Positions 30,742-40,364 of a stretch of DNA of 64,000 nt are shown here, one piece after another. The stretch is from positions 1-64,000 of IMG/VR virus record IMGVR_UViG_3300032607_000303; one strand, given 5' to 3'. Both the position numbers and the translations under genes were made by a program. Below the pieces are notes generated by a model. That model was not told the origin of the DNA, did not search any database, and saw only the letters and a list, made by a program, of their open reading frames with translations. The DNA is from a virus. The stretch's first letter is position 1. Every line of letters starts with the position of its first letter.

Positions 30742-31369
30742 CACACTCCTCCATCTCATTAGTAGTGGCATTATTTTGCGAAAGCAAAATAGCCTGCTCA
30801 ATAGCTTCCTTAACAATCTCCACTGTTTCCTCATGCAATAGAATTTCATTGTGCGTAGCATGTACGTCATAATACGTTACATCGCCCTTCAGTGCAAGCA
30901 TAGACTCCCTCGAAATAACACCATCGTTAATTTTAGTCCATAAACTACTCTGTCCAGACGTTGTGACAATTGCTGTCACATGACATTTAATATCAAACTG
31001 TTGAACGCCTCGCATCACATCACTGTTAGTACGAATATCTCTGAACAGTTGTGACGGTGCCAGCATATTAAGAATCCCAGCAGCCTCGCACCCTGCAAAG
31101 GGAGTTGCCATTGTAATCATAGCCAATGTACGCTTACGATAGAATGATGCAAGGTAGGCTGCATAGACACCGCCCAATGAATGTGCCAAGAATACAATCT
31201 CATCTTCAGGATAGTATGACAGAAAATCTTCCATGTGTTCTAGGTTATTCCAGAAGCCCATACGAGAGTCGTATGACAAGTCCAAATATTCGTAATCTGG
31301 TAGGCATTTCTTAATGAATGAGAACGAGTTGTGAGTTGCAGAATTTCCGTGGCAAGTGATAATAATCAT
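30734..31369 (-). CDS. Alpha/beta hydrolase (lipase/esterase-like)
   Basis: HG oxyanion motif, AHSLGG nucleophile elbow, ATPFAG, NDGVI and C-terminal His. Confidence 0.85.
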   Translation of the reverse strand: MIIITCHGNSATHNSFSFIKKCLPDYEYLDLSYDSRMGFWNNLEHMEDFLSYYPEDEIVFLAHSLGGVYAAYLASFYRKRTLAMITMATPFAGCEAAGILNMLAPSQLFRDIRTNSDVMRGVQQFDIKCHVTAIVTTSGQSSLWTKINDGVISRESMLALKGDVTYYDVHATHNEILLHEETVEIVKEAIEQAILLSQNNATTNEMEECDE

Positions 31370-31680
31370 ACAGACTCCTTCAGCACATTGCGCATACTTT
31401 TCAGCACAGTTTCAAAACTCTTCTGTTCTACAAAGAAACTACAACGATGATTGGCAATACTCTCTGCAAGCTGCTTCTTCAAAGCTTTCTGAAGCTTGAC
31501 ATACTTTGCAATGGACGATGACAATTTACTAATAGCCTTGCTAAGTTTGTCTGCATAAACCTTGTCATTGTCTTTGTGAGCAGTTTGCCTCCACTGTTTG
31601 AATGTGTAAACATGGTCTTGCAGGATGTTGATGAGATTACGATTTAGTGCAATTTGTGACTGCAATTGTTGTTGGTTCAT
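31366..31680 (-). CDS. Hypothetical protein
   Basis: AAGGAG RBS. Confidence 0.55.
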   Translation of the reverse strand: MNQQQLQSQIALNRNLINILQDHVYTFKQWRQTAHKDNDKVYADKLSKAISKLSSSIAKYVKLQKALKKQLAESIANHRCSFFVEQKSFETVLKSMRNVLKESV

Positions 31681-31868
31681 TTTGACTCTCCTTTACGTAC
31701 TTCCATCATAGCATCTGCGTAACTATATGCACCTCTTGCAATAAGCAGGGCATGTGTGGTGTGATAACCTCCAATAAGCATTTTTGGAGGGTGCTTTAAT
31801 ACAAGCATCTGAAAAGCGAATCCTGCAAATTGGTCACGTACTTCTTGTAACGATTTCTCTTTGCTCAT
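31677..31868 (-). CDS. Hypothetical protein (RDxFA small phage family)
   Basis: RDQFA...AYSYADAMM. Confidence 0.6.
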   Translation of the reverse strand: MSKEKSLQEVRDQFAGFAFQMLVLKHPPKMLIGGYHTTHALLIARGAYSYADAMMEVRKGESK

Positions 31869-31936
31869 TTGATGCTCCTGTTATGTTTTATGATTTGTAA
31901 TAAGGGTTGTGAGGGAAAGGCTCTTGCAGCACATGA

Positions 31937-31965
31937 ATGATAGGGCTGCAAGAGGGGGCTGTCAA
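31937..31965 (-). promoter_or_regulatory. sigma70-like promoter
   Basis: TTGACA-17-TATCAT; overlapped by the 10-bp inverted repeat CTCTTGCAGC. Confidence 0.7.
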
Positions 31966-31982
31966 GGGGTTTTTGGGGTTAT

Positions 31983-32576
31983 TTACAAACCGTGTCTGTC
32001 TGTGTAGCCAGCCCCTTGACTGTTTAGTTGAGCAATCATTTTTAATCTGTACTCACAAGCTAGACGAAAGGCTTCTTCCTCTCCGTGAACATGGACAGAA
32101 AATATTTTATAGCATTTACCTAAGGATACACTATCTGCCCAAGATGCCTTGTAGTATCTATATTCAACATTAGCTGGATTTTTGTACTTAATGGATGTAA
32201 CGCCCACAAATCCAGATGTGTTGTTGTTTTGCTTCTTCTTGTTTCTTGAGTTATACTTTTCCTCGACTGCCCTTAAGTTACTAACTGAGTTATTTGTGGG
32301 GTCTCCATCAATATGATCTATAACATACTTTTCTGGAACATAACCATGAAACATCTCCCATATAATTCTGTGCACTCTGTACATACCTTGTTTATAGTGA
32401 ATCTGAGAATAGCCACCAGTACCGTTTAGCGATCCTGCAACATCACCAACACTGATATGTTTTCTTCCGTTACTTCTTCCGCTAAAGCAATCAATCGCCC
32501 ATCGTAAACAGGTCTGGCTAGACTCGTCATAGATGAAAAGTTTGTGGTAGTCTTCAATAGTTATTTTAGGTGCCAT
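31983..32576 (-). CDS. HNH homing endonuclease with AP2-like domain
   Basis: HRIIW...IDHIDGDPTNN..SNLR and NTSGFVGV. Confidence 0.9.
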   Translation of the reverse strand: MAPKITIEDYHKLFIYDESSQTCLRWAIDCFSGRSNGRKHISVGDVAGSLNGTGGYSQIHYKQGMYRVHRIIWEMFHGYVPEKYVIDHIDGDPTNNSVSNLRAVEEKYNSRNKKKQNNNTSGFVGVTSIKYKNPANVEYRYYKASWADSVSLGKCYKIFSVHVHGEEEAFRLACEYRLKMIAQLNSQGAGYTDRHGL

Positions 32577-32619
32577 TTCTTCCTTATAGGTGAAACCCGC
32601 ATCTTGTGCGGGCTGTTAG

Positions 32620-34413
32620 TTAAAACTCTGACGGATGCTGCTCTTGATAAACTTCCTTGTCCCACAACATAGCTGTCTCATTGTCGTAGAAAAGTTCAAG
32701 AGCTTTTCCGGTTACACCTGTTGCCCTCGACTTCAATAAATGAACTTCTGTAGTATTTCGCATCATCAAATCTTCGTGGGACTTGTCCCGCTGCAAGGCG
32801 ATATTGATACCAGCACTACGAAACTGCGTCCCTGAACCAATAAGCATCTCTTCACTAATAGTCCCACCCTGGGAAGCTGCCTTACTACCGCCAGATGGCT
32901 TTTTTGTGTGCGCCACCTGAACTAGAATACAGTTCGTAGCCTTGACCAAGTTCTTCTCCCACTTCATCCATTTATCGACTTCTTCCAAGGACGCACCAGA
33001 AAACACATCTGAGATAACATCAATTACACAGATGTCTACATCGTGCATAGTGATACATTCCTCAATCTTTTCTTGCAGCTTACTGAAGTCTCCACGGTCA
33101 TCCAGCAAATATAAGCGTGGCTGTCCGTCTGGGAACAAGAACAGATTCTTTGCGGCCTCCTTTGCAAGATCACTACTTACATATGCAATCTTCTCGTCCC
33201 TGTCCTCAATCATTGCAATCTTGCGACCCATATAGGAACTCAAAAGATTCTCGCCAAATTCAGATGCCTCGGCTTCAAGAGAACATACTAAAACCTTCTT
33301 GTTACACTCTGTCATCCAGTATGTGACACAAGAATTTACTACCGATGTCTTGCCACAGCCCGATCCAGCTAAGATATTCACGATATAGCCGTAGTTGATG
33401 CCTCCCGCAAGCATCTTGTTCAATTTTGACAAGTAATTCGGAAATGGAAGTTTGTCAACCTTACTACGAGCAACAATTTCATCGTAAATAGTATCAGCAG
33501 CAACCACGCCAGCGGGCGTATAGGGCTGACTATTCCAATAGTCATTAATCAAGTCACGTTCGCGGTTTACTGGCTTACCTGTTGTGTTATCCCAAACGTA
33601 AGAATTCGGGTCTTTCATGCGTAGTTTGGCAATAAAAACTTTTCCTTTTGGCAAAACTTTAGCAAGTTTCTCTGCTGCTTCCTCCCCTGCTTTATCCGAA
33701 TCCAACATAACTACAATCTTTTTTTGCCGTGACAGCCATTCATACTGCGCTTTTGCTGTGGTTGCTGTGCCTGACTCTCCGAGCGTAGAACAAACCACCG
33801 CGCACATGTCGTAATCTGCCTTACCCCGCTTTATTTGGTCGTCTTTCAGAACCTGAAACAGAGTCAATTGGTCGATTTCACCGCCAACTATGCAGACCGT
33901 ACCTGCATGGCTTTTAAAGCGAAACTGGCCTATGAAGTCAACCTCCTTGCCGACCCTCCCGATAGGATTTTCAAATGACTTGGGTAAAACTCTAGTCCGA
34001 TAGCCAGCAAGCTCCCCATCAATTGTAGTAGGTACATACTGTTTTACTGGAAGACCCGTTTCTTGGCTGTACTCATAGCGCACACCAAAAAAGGTGTTAG
34101 TGTCCGTTCGGATGCCTCGGAAACCTTTGCCATCATTACCAGTGATTTTCTTGATACGTTCGTTTTCCTCTGGTGTAATATTTTCGCGTGTAGTCACTTC
34201 TTCATCCTCATCGTATTCTTTAATGTCCCAACCCATTAACTCTCTATGCTCATCACTTGCCAAAGTCCACCCACAAGAGAAACAGTGCGCAGACTCCGTA
34301 GCAGCATAAACCCGTAAATTATTCTTTGACCTATCTCTGCCATTTCTGGCACAACGAGGGCATTGACACATACCGTCATTGTCGAGGTCAATTCCCCATT
34401 TATTCTCTGCCAA
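32620..34413 (-). CDS. DNA primase-helicase (T7 gp4-like)
   Basis: Zn finger CPRC...CFSC, TOPRIM GEID/DSD, Walker A GSGCGKT and LLKSR. Confidence 0.92.
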   Translation of the reverse strand: MAENKWGIDLDNDGMCQCPRCARNGRDRSKNNLRVYAATESAHCFSCGWTLASDEHRELMGWDIKEYDEDEEVTTRENITPEENERIKKITGNDGKGFRGIRTDTNTFFGVRYEYSQETGLPVKQYVPTTIDGELAGYRTRVLPKSFENPIGRVGKEVDFIGQFRFKSHAGTVCIVGGEIDQLTLFQVLKDDQIKRGKADYDMCAVVCSTLGESGTATTAKAQYEWLSRQKKIVVMLDSDKAGEEAAEKLAKVLPKGKVFIAKLRMKDPNSYVWDNTTGKPVNRERDLINDYWNSQPYTPAGVVAADTIYDEIVARSKVDKLPFPNYLSKLNKMLAGGINYGYIVNILAGSGCGKTSVVNSCVTYWMTECNKKVLVCSLEAEASEFGENLLSSYMGRKIAMIEDRDEKIAYVSSDLAKEAAKNLFLFPDGQPRLYLLDDRGDFSKLQEKIEECITMHDVDICVIDVISDVFSGASLEEVDKWMKWEKNLVKATNCILVQVAHTKKPSGGSKAASQGGTISEEMLIGSGTQFRSAGINIALQRDKSHEDLMMRNTTEVHLLKSRATGVTGKALELFYDNETAMLWDKEVYQEQHPSEF

Positions 34414-34460
34414 ATTCTCTCCTTAAAAAGCCCCTCACTCTTACAAATGAGGGGCTGCTA

Positions 34461-34670
34461 TTATCCTACCAAATGATCCTCAACATTAAATAACATACGC
34501 CATTCATTGCAAATATGGCACGGATTGTCTTGCTGATGCTCTAATTCTATCACGTTCTCACAGTAGCTACAAATCTTATCAGTGTGCAGCTTTCCATAAA
34601 AATACCTAGCTTGTTCAGCTTCCTCTACATAGTCTTCGTAGAGGATTTTCTTAGCGCCACCTTTAGCCAA
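34461..34670 (-). CDS. Small Zn-finger hypothetical protein
   Basis: Two CxxC motifs. Confidence 0.5.
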   Translation of the reverse strand: MAKGGAKKILYEDYVEEAEQARYFYGKLHTDKICSYCENVIELEHQQDNPCHICNEWRMLFNVEDHLVG

Positions 34671-35682
34671 TGTAATTTTCTCCGGGTATAGTCTTGCGGT
34701 GCATTACCCATCCACAATACTGTGCGCTCCATAGCTTGCCATCACGAGATGCATGACTTACACCAGGTTCCCAAGTATTTACATTACTAGGGTTGTTAAG
34801 TCCATAAGTTACTCCCCAATCTTTCCACTCAGACATTGAATTCATAGGTGTAGCCGCATGTTGCATGGCACTAGCATGTTTGCGCTCATCACCAATCAAC
34901 CTGTCATAAACTTCCAAGCACTTTACAAGGCCATAATCTTCGTTACGGAAGCTCACAGCTGCTGTACGTGCGCAGGACACTTTTATGGCTTGCTCAAGTG
35001 TGATTTCAATAATAGTGCCATCTTCAGCATACTCGTCAGCAGAATACCACCACTCCACTGCTCGTTCAGTGTCGGCATAAAGATAACAATCCACATATGG
35101 TAGGTGCCATTGTCCCGGTTTAGTTACGACAGGGACACTCTGCTCACGACCCTCAAACATACAACGTGCCAACTCAGCAATTGTTGGATCGGCTGCATCA
35201 TCATTTCGTAACCAAAAGAAATTAGAAAACTCTGTTCCACTAATTACAGTCTTCATCACTTGAAAAGGTTCTGTCAAACGGTTAAAAGTTTGTTTATGAT
35301 AACCTGCTTGATAAAACGCTTTAGACCACTTGAGTGCTTCGTCCTTTGCTAAATCCCAAGCATCTTTATTTTTCCATTTTTTAACCCAACCATCTTCCTC
35401 ACTTACTTTAACAATAGCCTCAAAGTCTTCACCTTTGTCTTGCATACCCGGATTAGCCTCACCAAAACGAACAGGCTTCCCTGTAAGCTGCTCTGCCATT
35501 TTCTTGAACGGAATAGCACGACTACTTGCAGAATTTGAACACAACATTTTGTGTGTTAGCAATTCAGAATGGATGATGCGAGGGTATGTCAATTCGTAAG
35601 TTGTCAAGCGATTACCAGCTTCGCTAACAGAGTCTGCCAAAACTTTTGCAACAATACCACTCTTACCTTTAATTTCAATCAT
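34663..35682 (-). CDS. thyX: Flavin-dependent thymidylate synthase-like protein
   Basis: YPRIIHSELLTH..SASSRAIP, HKQ..NRL.EPF, NFFWLR and HAS..H. Confidence 0.85.
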   Translation of the reverse strand: MIEIKGKSGIVAKVLADSVSEAGNRLTTYELTYPRIIHSELLTHKMLCSNSASSRAIPFKKMAEQLTGKPVRFGEANPGMQDKGEDFEAIVKVSEEDGWVKKWKNKDAWDLAKDEALKWSKAFYQAGYHKQTFNRLTEPFQVMKTVISGTEFSNFFWLRNDDAADPTIAELARCMFEGREQSVPVVTKPGQWHLPYVDCYLYADTERAVEWWYSADEYAEDGTIIEITLEQAIKVSCARTAAVSFRNEDYGLVKCLEVYDRLIGDERKHASAMQHAATPMNSMSEWKDWGVTYGLNNPSNVNTWEPGVSHASRDGKLWSAQYCGWVMHRKTIPGENYIG

Positions 35683-35864
35683 TCCTCATCCTCTTCTTCA
35701 ATTTCTTCAATTTCTTCAATATCACAAATAAAAATATCTTCCAAACAGTCCATAAGAGCAGTGTTAAGTAATATTGCCCTATCTGCTTCGTAAGAAAAAC
35801 CTCTAGCAGCTTTTATGTCCTCTGCTTTGATAATAAGTCTCATAGTTATTTCAAACTGTTTCAT
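35679..35864 (-). CDS. Small acidic hypothetical protein
   Basis: Coupled ORF. Confidence 0.5.
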   Translation of the reverse strand: MKQFEITMRLIIKAEDIKAARGFSYEADRAILLNTALMDCLEDIFICDIEEIEEIEEEDEE

Positions 35865-36169
35865 CCGATAATCTCCGTTTGAATATCCTCATCCACACAT
35901 TTGAAATTAATATCATGTCGCTCCCCAACTTTGCAATAAAGGGATGGTACAGCCTCCCCGATCCCTTCAACAAGTGCCATGTCCCCGTCAAATATCATCC
36001 GAGCTACATAACAAAACAACTCGTTTTGCTTATGACCTAACAAACACCCGTACTCGTCAAGTGTAAACAGATGAGTCTCAAATTCTTCTATAGATTCCTC
36101 ACCAATACACTGATCTTTGATGTCAATCTCAAATTCTTTAGTGATTGTAACGCGTATAGTTTTCTTCAT
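35861..36169 (-). CDS. Hypothetical protein
   Basis: AGGAG RBS. Confidence 0.55.
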   Translation of the reverse strand: MKKTIRVTITKEFEIDIKDQCIGEESIEEFETHLFTLDEYGCLLGHKQNELFCYVARMIFDGDMALVEGIGEAVPSLYCKVGERHDINFKCVDEDIQTEIIG

Positions 36170-36633
36170 TACGAATTCTCCTTTTGTATAGTGCGATAAA
36201 ATTTGTGGTTATCAACAATCATGACCAACTCCATCTTTTTAGCCCACTTAGGAGTCTTAATAGAAGTATTGTGAAAGTATTCTACCCTATTCCCCAAGAC
36301 TTTCCTACTACTTTCAACTCTATGTAGCCACTCTTTCATCTTCCCTGTCATTTCCTTGACAGGCTTCTTACCATACCAACTCCACTGTCCCTTCTCCGCA
36401 ACCACTTCACAGGCTGTCATATCTCTTATCCGCATCCTATTTTGCAGAACAGTGAGTACAGCCCGTTGTCCTGCCAGACTGCTCCCACGCGCTTCATAGT
36501 AAACTGCTGCATATTTACAGCCAGCCTCAGATGGCCTTTCAGAAGCTGCGGGAGGGCTTGCTAAAGCTATAACAAGTGCTACTGTTACAAAGGCCCACAA
36601 GAGCCTTACACGGGCCTTAATACAAGTCCTCAC
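36169..36633 (-). CDS. Cell wall hydrolase, SleB/Hydrolase_2 family, with signal peptide
   Basis: VYYEARG..GQ.AV..V..NR, QWSW, PKWA and HKFY. Confidence 0.88.
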   Translation of the reverse strand: MRTCIKARVRLLWAFVTVALVIALASPPAASERPSEAGCKYAAVYYEARGSSLAGQRAVLTVLQNRMRIRDMTACEVVAEKGQWSWYGKKPVKEMTGKMKEWLHRVESSRKVLGNRVEYFHNTSIKTPKWAKKMELVMIVDNHKFYRTIQKENS

Positions 36634-36916
36634 TGAACAATATGTTTGTAGGATTTCCTTTAGGTCTTCGAGTGTTAATCTGCCCTGCTGCTTTAGCTAC
36701 AGAGAGTGCTTCTGTGCGATCCATAAATATTCCCCATTGGTCAATGAAGCCTTGCTCCTCAGTATCTCTATTAAATTTTCCGCCAGAAACCTCGTACTCT
36801 TCAAGAGCTTCGCACATGAGCGCATCAAAATGCCTTGCACCAAGTAGCACAGCAGAACCATTATAGCGATTCGCAGCACACACGACAACTCGAATAGGTT
36901 TGTTCGGGGTGGTCAT
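36617..36916 (-). CDS. Conserved phage hypothetical protein
   Basis: VCAANR...ARH...QGFIDQ...LFSEDLY. Confidence 0.7.
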   Translation of the reverse strand: MTTPNKPIRVVVCAANRYNGSAVLLGARHFDALMCEALEEYEVSGGKFNRDTEEQGFIDQWGIFMDRTEALSVAKAAGQINTRRPKGNPTNILFSEDLY

Positions 36917-37179
36917 TTGGCAATCTCCAATATTGTATCAGCAATTTTAAGGCAATACTCTGAAAGTTGTTCTTCTGTGGTATTTACTAAGCACCAACCA
37001 TTTTGGTTATTAGTAGCAAACACAGCAGGATTTGCGCAGAACCCTTGTAAAACCTTCCCTGCAAAATACTCTCGTTTTGTTATTCCAGAAGAAGAAATCT
37101 GCGGGCCTGCTAAGAATCCATCCGTCCTCTCAACAATATCATCGCAAGGGAATGCCGGTCTAGAATTATCTTCAATCAT
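36913..37179 (-). CDS. Hypothetical protein
   Basis: PAFP...GITKREYFA...IAD pattern. Confidence 0.65.
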   Translation of the reverse strand: MIEDNSRPAFPCDDIVERTDGFLAGPQISSSGITKREYFAGKVLQGFCANPAVFATNNQNGWCLVNTTEEQLSEYCLKIADTILEIAK

Positions 37180-37484
37180 TATAATCCACCCAACCGTTCC
37201 TCAGCCTGTTGCTCACGCAATTCCTGCATAGCCCTACTCTTACCTATCATGCTACGATTTTCCTTATATTGTTCGCTACGTTGCAGGATACGATTATGAC
37301 GATCAATACGTTGGCTGTCTGTCATTCCTAGCGCCATCATAGATTGATATGCAATGTGCTGCACCCTACGGCTATAGTCACTACTCTCTGAGCAAATCTT
37401 CAGGATGTTCTCAAGTGCTTCACGATGGCTCATAGGAATTGATACACTGTAACGCTTCATGCTTGCTACGTTCTGTTCATTCAT
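37179..37484 (-). CDS. Hypothetical protein
   Basis: AAGGA RBS before MNEQNV. Confidence 0.5.
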   Translation of the reverse strand: MNEQNVASMKRYSVSIPMSHREALENILKICSESSDYSRRVQHIAYQSMMALGMTDSQRIDRHNRILQRSEQYKENRSMIGKSRAMQELREQQAEERLGGL

Positions 37485-37660
37485 ACAAATTCCTTCAATG
37501 TAAATTTTGTAATAAAGCAATTGACACAAACTCCGTAAGTTTCATTCATAATTTCTTTTACAACACTCTCAGCAATCTCCTGTGTCGCACACACTTCCTT
37601 TACAACTGTGTACTCTGCTGCTCCTGTGAAATATGCCTTGACAACTACGAATACGTCCAT

Positions 37661-37870
37661 TCAATATTCCTTAGCAATAACATTGACAATCTCATAATCT
37701 GATCCTTCTCCGAATGTCTTACAAGCCATCGAGTCATAACCCCAACTATTGCGCCAGCTAGACTTGAGTGCTGATATACTCATCCAGCAACCTTTACCAT
37801 TTGCTCGTATGTATTGTCCATTAGGCTTATAGCGAATAGCGTAAATTGCACTTACAACTTCATTTTTCAT
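37661..37870 (-). CDS. Hypothetical protein
   Basis: ORF in the operon. Confidence 0.5.
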   Translation of the reverse strand: MKNEVVSAIYAIRYKPNGQYIRANGKGCWMSISALKSSWRNSWGYDSMACKTFGEGSDYEIVNVIAKEY

Positions 37871-38049
37871 AATCTCTCATCAGTAAACTTTATGATAGGT
37901 GATATAGTATGTGGTTCGATCTGTCATACATTCAATCTCAGCAGTATCTCTAAGATCGTTAGCTATAGCTTCTGATGAACATACCCTGTAGATAGACTCC
38001 GAATTATCACAGAAATCGTAATAACTCTCCGTAATAATCCACACACCTT

Positions 38050-38409
38050 CTAGCATAATTCCTCCAAAGCTTCTTGACGAAGCGCCTGTTCAACAACCTC
38101 TGTCAACTTATCCCCTTGTTCCTCACTCATGTATTGTAGCACATCTACAGATTGCTCTAAGAACATTTCAGAAAACTCAAAGTCTGTACAGTCTCCGACA
38201 AACATCATACGCTCATGTAGCACAACTTCTGTCAAACTAAATGCCCCAAAATGTCCCGGATCAATGTAGCTGGCAGGTTCTTCTTCTTCCCAATAGTAGT
38301 GGACAGTGGCTTCTGTTGACCCACGTTGTTTTAGAGGTACACTGCCAAGCATAATTTCAATGTCTTTGAGTGTAATTAATGTGCTACCTGTTCCTTCATA
38401 TTGCTTCAT
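38050..38409 (-). CDS. Acidic hypothetical protein
   Basis: GGAGG RBS. Confidence 0.6.
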   Translation of the reverse strand: MKQYEGTGSTLITLKDIEIMLGSVPLKQRGSTEATVHYYWEEEEPASYIDPGHFGAFSLTEVVLHERMMFVGDCTDFEFSEMFLEQSVDVLQYMSEEQGDKLTEVVEQALRQEALEELC

Positions 38410-38596
38410 AGCTATTCCTCCCGTATTTCATAGACATACCCTAACACTGTTCCAGCATGGTATGACTGCTCTTTATGAGCCTTCCAAATCTCTGCTGCAT
38501 ACACACTATCGTAAAGCCCTACAAGCTGTGGCTGCATGTAAGGGAAGTGGGACATGTAGATTGTATATGTTTTGTTCATGTTCTAATTTTAAGAGT

Positions 38597-39514
38597 CTAC
38601 TCTGAAACATCTGAAGTAGATCGTTTGCAAATGTAGCGCGCAAAACGGGGCTTGTCTTTTACTCCTGCATCCATGCTTCTATACTTAACCATCTGCCCCA
38701 CCATCTCATCAGGGTTTTCCCAATAGTGTGCACGCTCCTCGTGAGTCATCTTACCAGCGCCAACATCAATCTCCTTACCTGTCTTGCAGTCAGTACATAC
38801 TAGCATCCCAACCATACCTTTGCCAACTTTATTTTCTTGATGGCTACTACGCTCTGTTCGACCCAATGCATTAACTTTAGCTTCGTTCAAGTTTTCCATA
38901 GCCTCTACTAAACAAACAACAATAGCTTCCTTGTCTGATTGAGGCTTCATACGCAAATAATTACCTTCTTTAGCTGTTGCACGACCACTCTTGTGAAGTC
39001 CATATTTTGAGCGAATGACAACACCCTCGTACCCATCGTCAAGACATTTATCATAGTATGCGACAATCACTGCCCGGCCTTTTAGTAGCTTGTAAGGGAT
39101 AACTCGGATGTTCTCAAGGTCAAACCAAAATTGATGAATGCTTTGGAAAGATAATAGTTCATTGTAGCGGTCAATATAGGGCTTATCTAGCAAGTCCTCT
39201 CGCAAGTAGTCAAACAGATTCCAAAATACTTTAGGCTCGCCTTGTATTGTACCCATCACAGAAGTTGTATCTCGGCATAAGGAATCTCCACGAATGTCTC
39301 CAAATGTAAACTCGCCATCAAAGCCTGTGCAGCGCACTTGGCTGTACTTTTCTGTTACGTACATATTACTGTGAGGCTTTAGGCTGCGACCAGTCATGCT
39401 TCCAGTGATATGCAAGCCTCGAACACCATCTAGTTTAGGAAACACCATAACTTCCTCAGTTTCTGAAATCTTGTCCAAATCTAGGTCACAGCAAAGGTGT
39501 GGTTTGGTTGTCAT
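38597..39514 (-). CDS. ATP-dependent DNA ligase
   Basis: KLDGVR, FDGE, YEGVVIR, RMK and KPRF motifs. Confidence 0.93.
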   Translation of the reverse strand: MTTKPHLCCDLDLDKISETEEVMVFPKLDGVRGLHITGSMTGRSLKPHSNMYVTEKYSQVRCTGFDGEFTFGDIRGDSLCRDTTSVMGTIQGEPKVFWNLFDYLREDLLDKPYIDRYNELLSFQSIHQFWFDLENIRVIPYKLLKGRAVIVAYYDKCLDDGYEGVVIRSKYGLHKSGRATAKEGNYLRMKPQSDKEAIVVCLVEAMENLNEAKVNALGRTERSSHQENKVGKGMVGMLVCTDCKTGKEIDVGAGKMTHEERAHYWENPDEMVGQMVKYRSMDAGVKDKPRFARYICKRSTSDVSE

Positions 39515-39747
39515 TTCATCCCCTTAAACAAACTTTCCAATATATCAATAGCCGCATACAATTTTGTATTACATTGAGTTGTATTGTACACATCAACAAT
39601 TTCCTCTGCTGCCTCGTTAACATCTTCCATCTGCTTGATATACTTTAGCAATGTCTTCACAGCGCCGATAGGATTTATGCTGCATTCCAGCAGAGAGTAG
39701 TCTTCCAAGTTATCTAGTGCCTCTGTTGCTTGCTCTTTGGTAATCAT
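39511..39747 (-). CDS. Hypothetical protein (first gene of the leftward operon)
   Basis: AGGA RBS before MITKEQ. Confidence 0.55.
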   Translation of the reverse strand: MITKEQATEALDNLEDYSLLECSINPIGAVKTLLKYIKQMEDVNEAAEEIVDVYNTTQCNTKLYAAIDILESLFKGMK

Positions 39748-39778
39748 TTTGTTTCCTGTGTGATGTGAAAGAAGCCCA

Positions 39779-39807
39779 AGAATAGCAACCCTACCCACCC
39801 ATGTCAA
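39779..39807 (-). promoter_or_regulatory. Leftward sigma70-like promoter
   Basis: TTGACA-17-TATTCT. Confidence 0.75.
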
Positions 39808-39850
39808 CAACTTTCTGACGCCATCTAGCCAAATAAAATTGCAAAATATC

Positions 39851-39879
39851 TTGCACAAGCGTCCCACATAGGCTAATAT
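39851..39879 (+). promoter_or_regulatory. Rightward sigma70-like promoter
   Basis: TTGCAC-17-TAATAT at the strand switch. Confidence 0.65.
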
Positions 39880-39934
39880 TTGTTAATTGCAGCACACAAC
39901 GTAGCACAGCCGAAAGGCTTCACAGGAGAAATAA

Positions 39935-40108
39935 ATGAAACAACGCCTCTCAAATGACACATGCCGCTGTAAAGGTGTTGCTTGCCGAGAGTCTGAGAAA
40001 TGCCTTCGTCACACTGATAGACCAGAGGGACGCTATAGCTTTACGAACACTTTGAGAGAAAGTAATACAGAGCCTTGTAAATTCTTCTTAACTAACAGGA
40101 ACGACTAA
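39935..40108 (+). CDS. Small Cys-rich protein (57 aa, not in the ORF track)
   Basis: AGGAG RBS; DTCRC...C...CLR...C. Confidence 0.6.
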   Translation: MKQRLSNDTCRCKGVACRESEKCLRHTDRPEGRYSFTNTLRESNTEPCKFFLTNRND

Positions 40109-40109
40109 A

Positions 40110-40364
40110 ATGATTGAACGTGATATTGTAGAGTGGAACAAAATGGTAGTACAGTCTCAGAAGAATATGGAGGGAGATGCTCCAGCACATGAGGATATTC
40201 TCGTAATTCGTGTAGATGTTTGGATATCTTCACTACTCTCTGAGATTCGTATGCTTAAATATGCAGAGGATATTCGATTGTCTCGCACAATGACTGTACA
40301 AGAGGCTGAGAAATTGGCTATTGAGCAAATTGCTAAAGAAGAATTGACAAAAGGAAATGTATGA
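40110..40364 (+). CDS. Hypothetical protein
   Basis: AGGA RBS. Confidence 0.55.
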   Translation: MIERDIVEWNKMVVQSQKNMEGDAPAHEDILVIRVDVWISSLLSEIRMLKYAEDIRLSRTMTVQEAEKLAIEQIAKEELTKGNV

